From: a virus
IMG/VR virus record: IMGVR_UViG_3300014720_000016
DNA length: 64,000 nt
Direction: 5' to 3' (one strand)
Shown one piece after another: positions 8,631 to 17,673 of the stretch. Under the pieces are notes generated by a model. That model worked only from the letters and a program-made list of their open reading frames with translations. It ran no database searches and was not told the origin of the DNA. Numbering within the stretch: the stretch's first letter is position 1; each line of letters begins with the position of its first letter. A program made the translations under genes and the position numbers.

Positions 8631-10361
8631 CTAAGATTGTTTTAAGCAGGGAGGACCTGTTGAGTACGTTGTCTTGCAGCACCCAAGTGCCGCGCCATAA
8701 TCGGCAGATATCTTGATTTCCGCAAAATGACTGACGGATGGAATGCGAATCTCTTCGGCCAGATCCAACCCCTTTGCCTCTAGGCGGGACTGGATGCCAA
8801 GCCGACTAAGCTCTGCGCTCATTACGCGCTGGCATTTCCGATAGAAGCGGCGCCCGATACGCGGCGACCGCGCCCAGACCGAAACCCCGTCATGACTGTG
8901 GACGGTTATGCACAAGTGCTTGCGGCTGTACTGACCTGCAATAGAATAGATTTTTTTAACGAGATCAGTTTCAACGGCCTGGCACTTTATGGCCAGCGAA
9001 CTGGAGTCTAGGGCTCCGGCCTCGCAGTGCGCTCGCATGCCATCGTAAATAGTGCGCAACAAGGAGGTCTCTGACCACAGATTGCCGAGTACAGTGACTT
9101 CGACTTCCTCTAGGCCAAGGTTGAGTAGGTCCATGGTAAATGCCCGCCGGGCAGCCGGGGCCTCCATGCCGAATTGCAGACTGTAGAGACTGGCCTTCAG
9201 CGCCTTCTTGGTCTTGCTCAGATCAATGCGCCTCTCAGGCAGGCGTAAGCTACGCGAGTCACCGCTGTTAAGCGAGCCGTTGAAGAGATAGGCGAGCCCG
9301 CAGGCATCCAGCTGGTCAGCAGCTTCAGAGCGGTCCTGCAGATCATATATGCGATCTAGCTTCACGCGCCACTCGTCAAAAATTTGATCCCAAATGGATC
9401 GGGATAGGTCTAGTCCCAGTCCAGCCTGCGCATTTAGGATGCTAAGGTGCATATTTGAGAAGTCAATTTCAAACCAGCTAGGAAACAGCTCATTACGCAA
9501 CCAGCCCGGCATGAATTGCAAGCTTTGACCAGTTGCAAAAACCCGGGGGCTGTTCTCGGATGGATCACGATAATGGGAGAAGAAGCCGTTGCCTAGCCCG
9601 TCTGCAACGGCTTCGCGCAGAACGGCGCGGTACGGATTACCACCGTATGCCCGGTCAATCTTGTGAAAAATGCGCTTTTTATTTGCGGCTGATCGTAGTC
9701 GCTCTGCTGGGAGAGAGTTCATGTAGCGCTGCACATGGTTCGTGGCCTTTGCAGCGACCGGCTGCTCATCACCTGTTGTGTCGTCTGCCGTGTACACGTC
9801 GTGCAGCGCAGCGAGTGCAACGAGATTCTGCCCCGTAGGCAGTAGCACTATTTGCGTTCCATTGGCGTTCGCAAAAATTGAAACACTAACCATGCCGCCG
9901 AGGCCGATGTTGTTCACGGCATCCCGGAGCATGCAGGCTGCACTGCTGCCACGCTTCCTGCGGATAAGGAATTGCTTTGCTCGCGCACCTTCCGATAGGT
10001 AGTCCTTGCGGGCGATCTGCTTGAAGCCGAGCGTGGCAGCAGCATAGAGAAAAACTTCTGATGCGGGGATCTTAACCGCCGCACCAGTAGTGGCAGCTTT
10101 GCTAGCGGCCAGCAGTATGCGGGTGGCAAATTCGGTGCCGATAACTGCAGCCCCTCGCCCGAATAGCGGGAACAGCTTCGCGATATTCTCGTAGAAAAAA
10201 ACAGACCGCGGAATGCTCCGCGGCCATGGTTGCAGACCCGTTTGGATTGACGCGACGACCTTGTCAAATGACTCAGTAGAGAAGGACATCGTGCCCTTCT
10301 TGCCGAGGTGCTTGTTAGGGTTCTTCGGACTAGCCAGTATTGGCAGCCATTGCGCGCTCAT
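8631..10361 (-). CDS. PolA-superfamily polymerase, TV-Pol-like (possible primase-polymerase)
   Basis: RVFATGQSLQ..P.WLR; motif A EIDFSNMHLSIL; motif B KASLYSLQFG; CQAVE; motif C HSHDGVSV. Confidence 0.65.
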   Translation of the reverse strand: MSAQWLPILASPKNPNKHLGKKGTMSFSTESFDKVVASIQTGLQPWPRSIPRSVFFYENIAKLFPLFGRGAAVIGTEFATRILLAASKAATTGAAVKIPASEVFLYAAATLGFKQIARKDYLSEGARAKQFLIRRKRGSSAACMLRDAVNNIGLGGMVSVSIFANANGTQIVLLPTGQNLVALAALHDVYTADDTTGDEQPVAAKATNHVQRYMNSLPAERLRSAANKKRIFHKIDRAYGGNPYRAVLREAVADGLGNGFFSHYRDPSENSPRVFATGQSLQFMPGWLRNELFPSWFEIDFSNMHLSILNAQAGLGLDLSRSIWDQIFDEWRVKLDRIYDLQDRSEAADQLDACGLAYLFNGSLNSGDSRSLRLPERRIDLSKTKKALKASLYSLQFGMEAPAARRAFTMDLLNLGLEEVEVTVLGNLWSETSLLRTIYDGMRAHCEAGALDSSSLAIKCQAVETDLVKKIYSIAGQYSRKHLCITVHSHDGVSVWARSPRIGRRFYRKCQRVMSAELSRLGIQSRLEAKGLDLAEEIRIPSVSHFAEIKISADYGAALGCCKTTYSTGPPCLKQS

Positions 10362-10405
10362 ACCTATCCTATCATTTTTCTAATTTTTACCAGACAGTGC
10401 GCGGC

Positions 10406-11017
10406 TTATATATGAGCTGAAATATATTTGTTGCGATGACAGGGCGCTGGGCCAAACGTCTTTAGTGCTTTAATGTGCTCTTCTGTTAAGTACCCGCTGT
10501 GATTGTTAAATCCGTAATCCGGATATTTCTCATGCAGTTCTTTACATTCTAAATCTTTAGCATGTTTGGCCAGAATAGATGCAGCGGCAATGCTGATGCT
10601 GATCGCATCTCCTTTTACTTGGCAGGTGTTGCGATGTTTATTATTCTTCAGGCAGACATTGCCATCGAAGCAGGTGACAAGCGGAGGTAGGTCGGCCAGG
10701 CCTGCGTCAGCGGCTTCGAAGCGAAGCCAATAAGGATTGCCCGAATTAATCTGGTCGACTGTGACTTCCCACAAGAACCACTGACAGCTGTCTTTAATCA
10801 GCTTAACTAGTTCTTCTCGCTGAGCGGATGTGGTTTTCTTGCTGTCTTTTATACCTGCCATCGATGGCAGAGTAGCGCTATTCTTTGGCCAGATTGTTGC
10901 GGCAACCCACATGCTCGCGCTAGCGCACCCATAACCGGATTCGTCGCAACCAGCAAAAAGCAAATCCTCAGACCAGGCCGAGGACTCGAGGACAAATGTT
11001 GGTTTTTGTTTACTCAT
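10406..11017 (-). CDS. rnhB: Ribonuclease HII
   Basis: AGCDESGYG, KDSKK, FDG, VKGDA..ISIAAASILAK, YPDYGF..HSGYLT.EH...GP...HR. Confidence 0.92.
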   Translation of the reverse strand: MSKQKPTFVLESSAWSEDLLFAGCDESGYGCASASMWVAATIWPKNSATLPSMAGIKDSKKTTSAQREELVKLIKDSCQWFLWEVTVDQINSGNPYWLRFEAADAGLADLPPLVTCFDGNVCLKNNKHRNTCQVKGDAISISIAAASILAKHAKDLECKELHEKYPDYGFNNHSGYLTEEHIKALKTFGPAPCHRNKYISAHI

Positions 11018-11096
11018 GCGGCACTGATGCCGCAGGAAAATGCATCAGACCTGTGGCACGCAAACCGGGCTATTACTTGTATTGCTGTTTAAACAA

Positions 11097-11703
11097 ATGT
11101 CACTTAAAAACCTTAGAGCTGCTGGTCGGAAGGTGGGCAAGAAGTTGTCGCACCATATCGCGACATCGCTTAAAAACTACAAGATCCCCGAGCTCGCTGA
11201 GCGCTACCCGGCCTGGCTTACCTCGCATGCTGCTATATGTAGAGGCCTTGTGGTCACGCAGCATCAGGGAGGCCGAAGAGATTCTATTGTGCGAACAGCG
11301 TGCTAGCTCATTTAATAACATCATTGCAAATACGGAAGGCGACGTAGTAAGCCTCGAAGCAAGCGCCAAGCATTCCGCAAAAGTCTTCCATGATGGCGCC
11401 GCATCGGCACACACAAATCACTTTATTTTTTTGCCAGAGATGGAGGCCAGGAAGGGCGCTTCTTTGGATGGGTCCCGTGATCGCCTGGAGCGCGCCTTCA
11501 AGGAAATAGGCGACGCTGGTGCACATGTATCAGTAAAAGATATAATGCTAATGCTTGCAACTCACGGCAAAGGAGGGCTGTGTAGGCACGGCGACAACTC
11601 ATCGCACACAGTTTTTTCAGTTGTGTTCCTGCCTACCGAGCGCGCCTTTATATATGGCAAGGGAAATCCCTGCTCTGGCGATTTTAGCATTTATCGCTAC
11701 TGA
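11097..11703 (+). pseudogene. C45 (Ntn-hydrolase) peptidase remnant with internal deletion and frameshift
   Basis: N-terminus MSLKNLRAAGRKVG in one frame; C-terminal GLPRMLL..RASSFN, SLEAS, AHTNHF, SRDRLER, LCRH, TVFSVVF in another; the catalytic Cys segment is absent. Confidence 0.6.
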
Positions 11704-11800
11704 TGTAGCTCAGCCCTGCGGGTAGGCAGGCGCCAGGCCGACGGCGGTGTCTGCGGCGAGTTTAGTGACAGAGGCTTTCACGGAGTCTTCTTTATGGTTC

Positions 11801-12397
11801 TCAGGGCTGGGGCACGACGATGATTGCAGGGGCCACGCGGTTCACAAACCCCGCGCCGCCGATAGGGGCCGCGCCTGCGGGGAACGTCCCGGGCATCCCA
11901 GACGCATAGCTGCTTGCGACAGTCAGTGTATTTGCGCCTGTGCTTGATGCGGGAAGCCACCCGAGTACGCCTGCTGGGAAGTTGAGCGCCAGTCCAGTGA
12001 ACGCGCTGGCGTGAGCCCCTGTCCCGCCGTCCGTGTTCGTCACAAGCCAGTAAAGTTTGCCAGCGGCGAAGCTCTGCGCGACAGTTCGCAACACAGGCCC
12101 CAGCACCCCGTAGTTGATCGGCGTCGACGACTGCCAAATGCGATTGCTCGGATAGATGTCACGCTCGCTTGTGGCCTCGTAGACCGCTAGGTCGACGTTG
12201 GCCAAGCCTACCGTAGTGACACGAAGTCCGAAACTGGCCACGTTCAGCGGCAAGTCTCCGGTGAACCACGGCTGCGCGTACAGCGTGTTCGCGCCGCTCG
12301 ACGGATTCCCGGTTCCGTTCTCTGTGCGCGACAGATAGTTCTCGACGGTCAGACCCGCACTGCCGGGCAAGTGCATGTAGTCCCACGGCTGTACCAT
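11801..12397 (-). CDS. Paralogue 3 of a GC-rich cassette; putative beta-sandwich virion or receptor-binding protein
   Basis: QPWDYMH...PWFTG...FGLRV...LAVY...YPSN...LYWL. Confidence 0.7.
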   Translation of the reverse strand: MVQPWDYMHLPGSAGLTVENYLSRTENGTGNPSSGANTLYAQPWFTGDLPLNVASFGLRVTTVGLANVDLAVYEATSERDIYPSNRIWQSSTPINYGVLGPVLRTVAQSFAAGKLYWLVTNTDGGTGAHASAFTGLALNFPAGVLGWLPASSTGANTLTVASSYASGMPGTFPAGAAPIGGAGFVNRVAPAIIVVPQP

Positions 12398-13329
12398 TAG
12401 ATCACCACCTCAATAGCCGTTGCTGGGAAGTAGTTTCCCACCTGCGTTGCGAGTGTCTGCAACGGGCCGCCTGCTTGGAGCGTCGTGATGCCGCTCGACC
12501 CTGCGTTCGGCATCGTCGTCGTGGCGCCGACGTTGAAGACTCGCCCGTCTCGGATATGTGCGGACCCCTCAAACGCTGTCATCACCGTCGAGACAAGCGT
12601 GTCGGGGCCGTAAGTGACGGTCACTTGCGCCGCAGTGTCAGTCGTCCTTGTGGCGACACCGGGAGTGGCTACCCCGCTGTAGACCCACGAAATCTGCACC
12701 GAGCCGCTCGTTAACACGTTTGACTCCATGTAGATGGCCGTCGGCGGGTTGGTGCTGTTCATTGCAACACCGTAGTTGCGCGGGCAAATCGCAGGGAATG
12801 TAGCAGGCAGAGGACCGGATGGATTGTAGGCAGAGAACCCGATGTAGCCGACGCCCGTCACTTGGTTGAACCCCAGCGGGTATCCCGGCCCGCCGACCTC
12901 GGCCTCGCCGTGGACGCTTCCGACGACGGGGTTACTGGCTCCGGGGTTGTAGCACCTCGTCGCGACGTAGTAGAAGCCGGGGTCGAGTTCGACGGGTGTG
13001 CCAGCAGCGATGTAGGGATTCTGTGTCCCTGCGAGGCTCAAGTCGCCGAGGTCAGCGACCAGTGTCGACGGGAACATGTTGTGCGTGCTTGGTGGCGGGC
13101 AGGCATAGATTCCTACCCTGCACAAGCCCGTGTAAGTCGCGGCAGAAAGCCGAAGACCAATCCGACTGACTTTCAAGCCGTTGTCGCCGACAAAGAATGG
13201 CCGCGCAGTCAGCATCCCCCACGCATATTGGGCGGTAGACACGGCGGGCGAAGTCCACTCGCGGCCTTGGAACGGTAGCGTCAATCCGCTGGCGGTCTGG
13301 ACGTGCCAGTAGTCATAGGGCTGCGTCAC
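12397..13329 (-). CDS. Paralogue 2 of the cassette, with an extra internal segment
   Basis: QPYDYWH...PFFVG...IGLRL...VGIY...FPSTLVADLG...PGFYYVA; TAATG coupling to the next gene. Confidence 0.7.
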   Translation of the reverse strand: MTQPYDYWHVQTASGLTLPFQGREWTSPAVSTAQYAWGMLTARPFFVGDNGLKVSRIGLRLSAATYTGLCRVGIYACPPPSTHNMFPSTLVADLGDLSLAGTQNPYIAAGTPVELDPGFYYVATRCYNPGASNPVVGSVHGEAEVGGPGYPLGFNQVTGVGYIGFSAYNPSGPLPATFPAICPRNYGVAMNSTNPPTAIYMESNVLTSGSVQISWVYSGVATPGVATRTTDTAAQVTVTYGPDTLVSTVMTAFEGSAHIRDGRVFNVGATTTMPNAGSSGITTLQAGGPLQTLATQVGNYFPATAIEVVI

Positions 13330-13982
13330 GCGATCTCCACTTGAGGATTATTCGCCGTAGACAGCGTCAAACCAGCCGGGGCTGTTGCGGGCAGCTGTGA
13401 AGCGTTCGGCAGCGACAGCACAAGCCGCGTGTTGGAAGCCGTCGGCGTCGTTGCGTTCCACTGGAGCGGATTCCGCTCTGCAGTCAGCGCGAAGCCGTTG
13501 GCGTTGATCGCCCGACAAGTGACAGCATTGGCGGTTCTGCCTACCGCGATCCAATACAGTCCGTTTGACAGCGACACGGGCGACGCGAGGGTCGCAACCT
13601 GCCTGCCCGTCGACGCCGCGAAGGTCACGGTCACGGAGGCCACGAGATTCTGCGGGTAAACGTTGTACGCCGAGGCTGGCAAGCAATCATAGATGCCCAG
13701 CTTCGCGCCCGCAGGCAGCGTGGGAGCGACGGTCAAAAGAAGTCCCATCTCTGTCACAATGCGCCCAAGCCGCCCCACGAAGAACGGCAAGAACACGACT
13801 CCATTGAGCGCCAGCCCGTAGGACGAACCACCTGTTCCGATGTAATCCTGCTGCGGCGTGTAGGGACTCGCCGTGTAATCAGCGTTGCTGAGGTGCCAGT
13901 AGTCCGACGGCAGCGGGATGGGCTGAGTGCTCTCTGTCTGTATGACAGCTGGTGCAAACGAGTTAATAAACCCTGGTCGCAT
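13326..13982 (-). CDS. Paralogue 1 of the cassette
   Basis: QP...SDYWH...PFFVG...MGLLL...LGIY...YPQNLVA...GLYWIA; AGGAG RBS; GTGA coupling. Confidence 0.7.
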   Translation of the reverse strand: MRPGFINSFAPAVIQTESTQPIPLPSDYWHLSNADYTASPYTPQQDYIGTGGSSYGLALNGVVFLPFFVGRLGRIVTEMGLLLTVAPTLPAGAKLGIYDCLPASAYNVYPQNLVASVTVTFAASTGRQVATLASPVSLSNGLYWIAVGRTANAVTCRAINANGFALTAERNPLQWNATTPTASNTRLVLSLPNASQLPATAPAGLTLSTANNPQVEIA

Positions 13983-14144
13983 TTTTCTCCTAGATATTCT
14001 GCAGATAACTCATTGCGCAAGACTTTTGCAGAAGATGCAAATCTATTTAATAGATATTGTACACATGCAGCTCTATCGCAGCTAAAACTATGGCTTTGTT
14101 TATATTGGGCTTGTTGGCGTGCGGCTGGAACCGAGAGGTTTAGG

Positions 14145-16541
14145 ATGACTCAGAAAAAGCTTACAGTTCCCTTTTTAACCCTTCGACCAGGGGAGTATTC
14201 TTCTGTATCGGATGCTGCCACCGCTATAATTAGATATAATCTTCTACTCAACCGGTTAGAGGTATCACTCGATTCGTCACCATATACCCCGTTTGGAGCG
14301 GGCGGAGATGGCTATTTGTATGATCAGCTAGTCGCCGCACCACAAACAGAACCACTTTTGGATGGCTATGTTGCGTACATAGACGGCTACTCTACCGAAC
14401 TAAACAAGGTCTCAATAGAAGATATCCTGTCGCTAGGAGTAGGGGGCGGAGTCGCATCTGTTAGTGCCTCGTCGCCTCTTGTTTCGAGCGGAGGTGCAAA
14501 TCCTGTTGTCAGCTTCCCGACTTGGCCAGCTAATGCCTCAGGGGCACTTAGCAACGATGGGTATGGCAACTTGTCGTGGTCATCTTCTCCTGGAGGAGGA
14601 ATATCGGGAACAATAGCCGCCACGCAGATTGCATTCGGCACGGGCACGGATACGCTTGGAGGCGAGAGCGGTCTGACCTGGGACACTGCACAAAAGCTGG
14701 CAAGGGTTTCAAATTCAGGCAATTACACCGATTTACTGTCTACAGGTGTCTTTGCTAAAGCAGCTGGAGTTGGCAGCAATGAGGTAGAGATAAGCATTGA
14801 CGATGGCAGCGGCCTGCCAGTGATCACTGCATTGAACGGAGCCACCGGAGGGATCGTAGACCTTACCCCGGGCTCAATAAGATTTAGGGAGCAGTCTGCT
14901 GCACCCGCGCCATCTCCTTTTGTTATAGATGTGGATTCTAACACGCTAAAGCTGGGTACAGTAGATGCACTAGGCGTCGAGATAGGCTCTACTTTGGCCG
15001 CAGTTACCATAAGTGGCGCTTTTACTCTTCCAGTCGTAGATGGCGCGAACGGAGAGGTGCTAACGACAGATGGTACCGGAGCGGTGTCATGGGCAGCTGT
15101 GCCGTCAACTCCTTCTGGTGGTCCAACGGATTCGGTCCAGATAAATGACGGCTACGGCGGTTTTATTGGCTATTCTGGTCTGACATGGAATAATTCGCAA
15201 TCGACATTGACTGCGCCCGTATTGGCCCTTGCAGAAGGAACTGCACCAGCCGGCACGTCCGCTCGTGGAAAGCTGTGGGCGAACAGTGCTGCGAATGCCA
15301 GGCCATATTGGACAGATGGTACAGGTCAGACATACAATCTTACGCTGGATAGATTTAATACCCTAACTCCTGCGGCAACTGTCGTCATAGACGCGAGCCC
15401 AGATCTACCTGTATTCAATAGCCTTTCTGTAGACCAAAATACTACATTTACTACCGCAAATCTAGGCCCTGGCCGCTCGGCGTCTGTGCGGGTGGTTTGC
15501 GACGGCACTACCCGCAGTCTGACATTTCCTACGGGTCCTGGCGGCTGGACCTGGCTAGGTTCAGGTCCGCCTTCAGTGCTCGCGGCTGGCGACGTCGGAT
15601 ATCTATCGATCACCGCCTATGGCACAACTGATGCAGATGTTGTTGCGGCATGGAGCTATGAAAATATGCCAGCGGGCATATCTGGCATGGGCACAGATAA
15701 TCAAGTTGTCATTTGGTCTGGATCTTATACGCAAGACGGCTCTGCAAATTTTACTTTTAATGGAACAACCCTTGGCCTAGTAGGAGGACTATCGCAATCG
15801 GCAGGTGCCGTGAACCTAACCGCAAATGCAGCCTCAAGTCTAACGACGTCATCTGGATCCCTTACCCTAACGTCAGCTGCTGCAGCAACCTGGTCAACTA
15901 CTGCCGGCAATCTGGCAATTACAAGTGCATCGTCACTGCAGTTGGCAGCAGCGGCAGCTAGCGAAGTTGTTGTCAATGACAGCGGCCTAGCGTCTAATTT
16001 CCGTGTAGAAAGCGATACTAATGCCAACATGTTGTTTGTGGATGGTACAAATAACCGCGTCGGTTTTGGCACCGCTACTCCTTCCGCGCTGCTAAGCGTT
16101 GGCGCCTCGTCGCAATTCCAGGTAGATTCTAGCGGCAACTTGGCACGGATAAATAATATTCCATATACATTCCCGGCGACACAAGGAGCTGCCGGCACAA
16201 TTCTAACCAACGACGGATACGGCGCCCTTTCCTGGGCTGAAAACGCTGCACAGGCAACCTCGGCTCCCATTTCGACCAAGAGTTCGAATTACACACTGAC
16301 AACTGCAGATGGCACAATTCTAGTTGATGCGACCTCTGGTGGCATCACCATAACGCTACCCGCTGCAGCGTCAGCGACCGAGAGCATCTTTACGATAAAG
16401 AAAAAAGATGTTACTTTTCAGACGGTTACGATTGATGCAAGCGGGGCCGAGCTAATCGATGGAGCCGCGACATACGTCTTGAGCACTCAGTATGAGGCAA
16501 TTAAAATTCAATCCGATGGCAGCGCCTGGTGGATAATCTGA
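14145..16541 (+). CDS. Tail fibre-like virion protein
   Basis: Likely start MTQKKL at 14145 after GAGG. Gly/Ser/Thr-rich, repeats of LT[TN]DG.G..SW, NNRVGFGTATPS, C-terminal YTLT..D.TILVDA..GGITITLP.A. Confidence 0.75.
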   Translation: MTQKKLTVPFLTLRPGEYSSVSDAATAIIRYNLLLNRLEVSLDSSPYTPFGAGGDGYLYDQLVAAPQTEPLLDGYVAYIDGYSTELNKVSIEDILSLGVGGGVASVSASSPLVSSGGANPVVSFPTWPANASGALSNDGYGNLSWSSSPGGGISGTIAATQIAFGTGTDTLGGESGLTWDTAQKLARVSNSGNYTDLLSTGVFAKAAGVGSNEVEISIDDGSGLPVITALNGATGGIVDLTPGSIRFREQSAAPAPSPFVIDVDSNTLKLGTVDALGVEIGSTLAAVTISGAFTLPVVDGANGEVLTTDGTGAVSWAAVPSTPSGGPTDSVQINDGYGGFIGYSGLTWNNSQSTLTAPVLALAEGTAPAGTSARGKLWANSAANARPYWTDGTGQTYNLTLDRFNTLTPAATVVIDASPDLPVFNSLSVDQNTTFTTANLGPGRSASVRVVCDGTTRSLTFPTGPGGWTWLGSGPPSVLAAGDVGYLSITAYGTTDADVVAAWSYENMPAGISGMGTDNQVVIWSGSYTQDGSANFTFNGTTLGLVGGLSQSAGAVNLTANAASSLTTSSGSLTLTSAAAATWSTTAGNLAITSASSLQLAAAAASEVVVNDSGLASNFRVESDTNANMLFVDGTNNRVGFGTATPSALLSVGASSQFQVDSSGNLARINNIPYTFPATQGAAGTILTNDGYGALSWAENAAQATSAPISTKSSNYTLTTADGTILVDATSGGITITLPAAASATESIFTIKKKDVTFQTVTIDASGAELIDGAATYVLSTQYEAIKIQSDGSAWWII

Positions 16542-16558
16542 TCTAAGTCGGAGTAGTT

Positions 16559-17590
16559 ATGTCACACAATCCAAACGTCAGAACAATATATGGGATGTCA
16601 AATGAGCCGACCGGCTTTCACAATAGAACAGACTCCGCGATAAGTTTTGACAACGGCACTCGTACGCTTACCGTTGCTCCAAATACCCCAACCAGCAGCC
16701 AGTTCGAGTACTACGCACAAGGAATAAAATATACGCATCTTTCATCTGCATCGAAGCAGATCACAGATACAGAAGGGCTGTGGCATTTCTACTTTGACGG
16801 GTACACTCTAGAGGCCGCTCAGTCGTTCGATATAAGCATGATTACGAGCAAGGCCTATGTAGCTATTTTGTACTGGAATGCGTCTGATAATGAGGCGGTA
16901 TACTTTGGAGAGGAGCGCCATGGCCTAACGATGGACGGGGCTACGCATAGATGCTTGCACAATCTTAATGGCGCAGTTTATATAAACGGCCTAGGGTTAG
17001 ATGACTTTGTCGTAGATGGCACGGGAAACAATGATTCGCACGCTCACCTCTCGGTCGCAGATGGCACAATTTATGATGAAGATATAGTTCATTCTATAGT
17101 GGACGGCTCCCCGCAGACGCTTTCGACTATCGCCGAGCTACCAGTGCTATACCGTCTCGGAGCAGCCGGCAACTGGAGAAAGAAAACGGCTGATACTTTT
17201 CCAGTGATATACCCCGGCACAGTGGCTAGCTACGGACTAACCAATACCCTGCTGGCATATAATGATTTTGATGGCACGACATGGAGCTTGCAAGAAGTGT
17301 CAAGCGGTAACTATGTGCTCGTGCACATAGTGGCAACTAACGACATAGACACGCCAATGATTGCGATTCTCGGCACAAATGAATATGCCAACAAAAATGA
17401 TGCGAGGGCAGGGGCTAGGGTTGAGCTAGCATCTCTGACAGGGCTGCCGTTTGCAGAGCTAGTTCCAGTGGGTACCGTTATCTTCGAAGTGTCAAGTGGT
17501 TATACAAATGCCGTAAAGGCTCGAATAGTATCGGCCGACACCGGCGTTAATTATGTAGACTTCAGGCCCGCCGGCTTCTTTAGCAAGTAG
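16559..17590 (+). CDS. Putative virion structural protein
   Basis: Co-oriented between the two fibre genes; GGAG RBS; beta-rich sequence. Confidence 0.55.
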   Translation: MSHNPNVRTIYGMSNEPTGFHNRTDSAISFDNGTRTLTVAPNTPTSSQFEYYAQGIKYTHLSSASKQITDTEGLWHFYFDGYTLEAAQSFDISMITSKAYVAILYWNASDNEAVYFGEERHGLTMDGATHRCLHNLNGAVYINGLGLDDFVVDGTGNNDSHAHLSVADGTIYDEDIVHSIVDGSPQTLSTIAELPVLYRLGAAGNWRKKTADTFPVIYPGTVASYGLTNTLLAYNDFDGTTWSLQEVSSGNYVLVHIVATNDIDTPMIAILGTNEYANKNDARAGARVELASLTGLPFAELVPVGTVIFEVSSGYTNAVKARIVSADTGVNYVDFRPAGFFSK

Positions 17591-17673
17591 CCACCTGGTT
17601 GCGCAAGTGCTTTTCTGGCTAGTACTAATAATGCAGCCAAGCTTTGCGAGCGCATTGCAATCAGGGGTAGCCC

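Noticed and set aside
11704-14000. Invertible shufflon or DGR explanation for the paralogue cassette
   Set aside because: No recombinase or reverse transcriptase seen, no near-identical template/variable repeat pair, and only an 8-bp inverted repeat (CAGCCCTG) at one end.
13893-14144. N-terminal extension of the 882-aa ORF
   Set aside because: It overlaps the divergent gene and its upstream region; the RBS supports the ATG at 14145.
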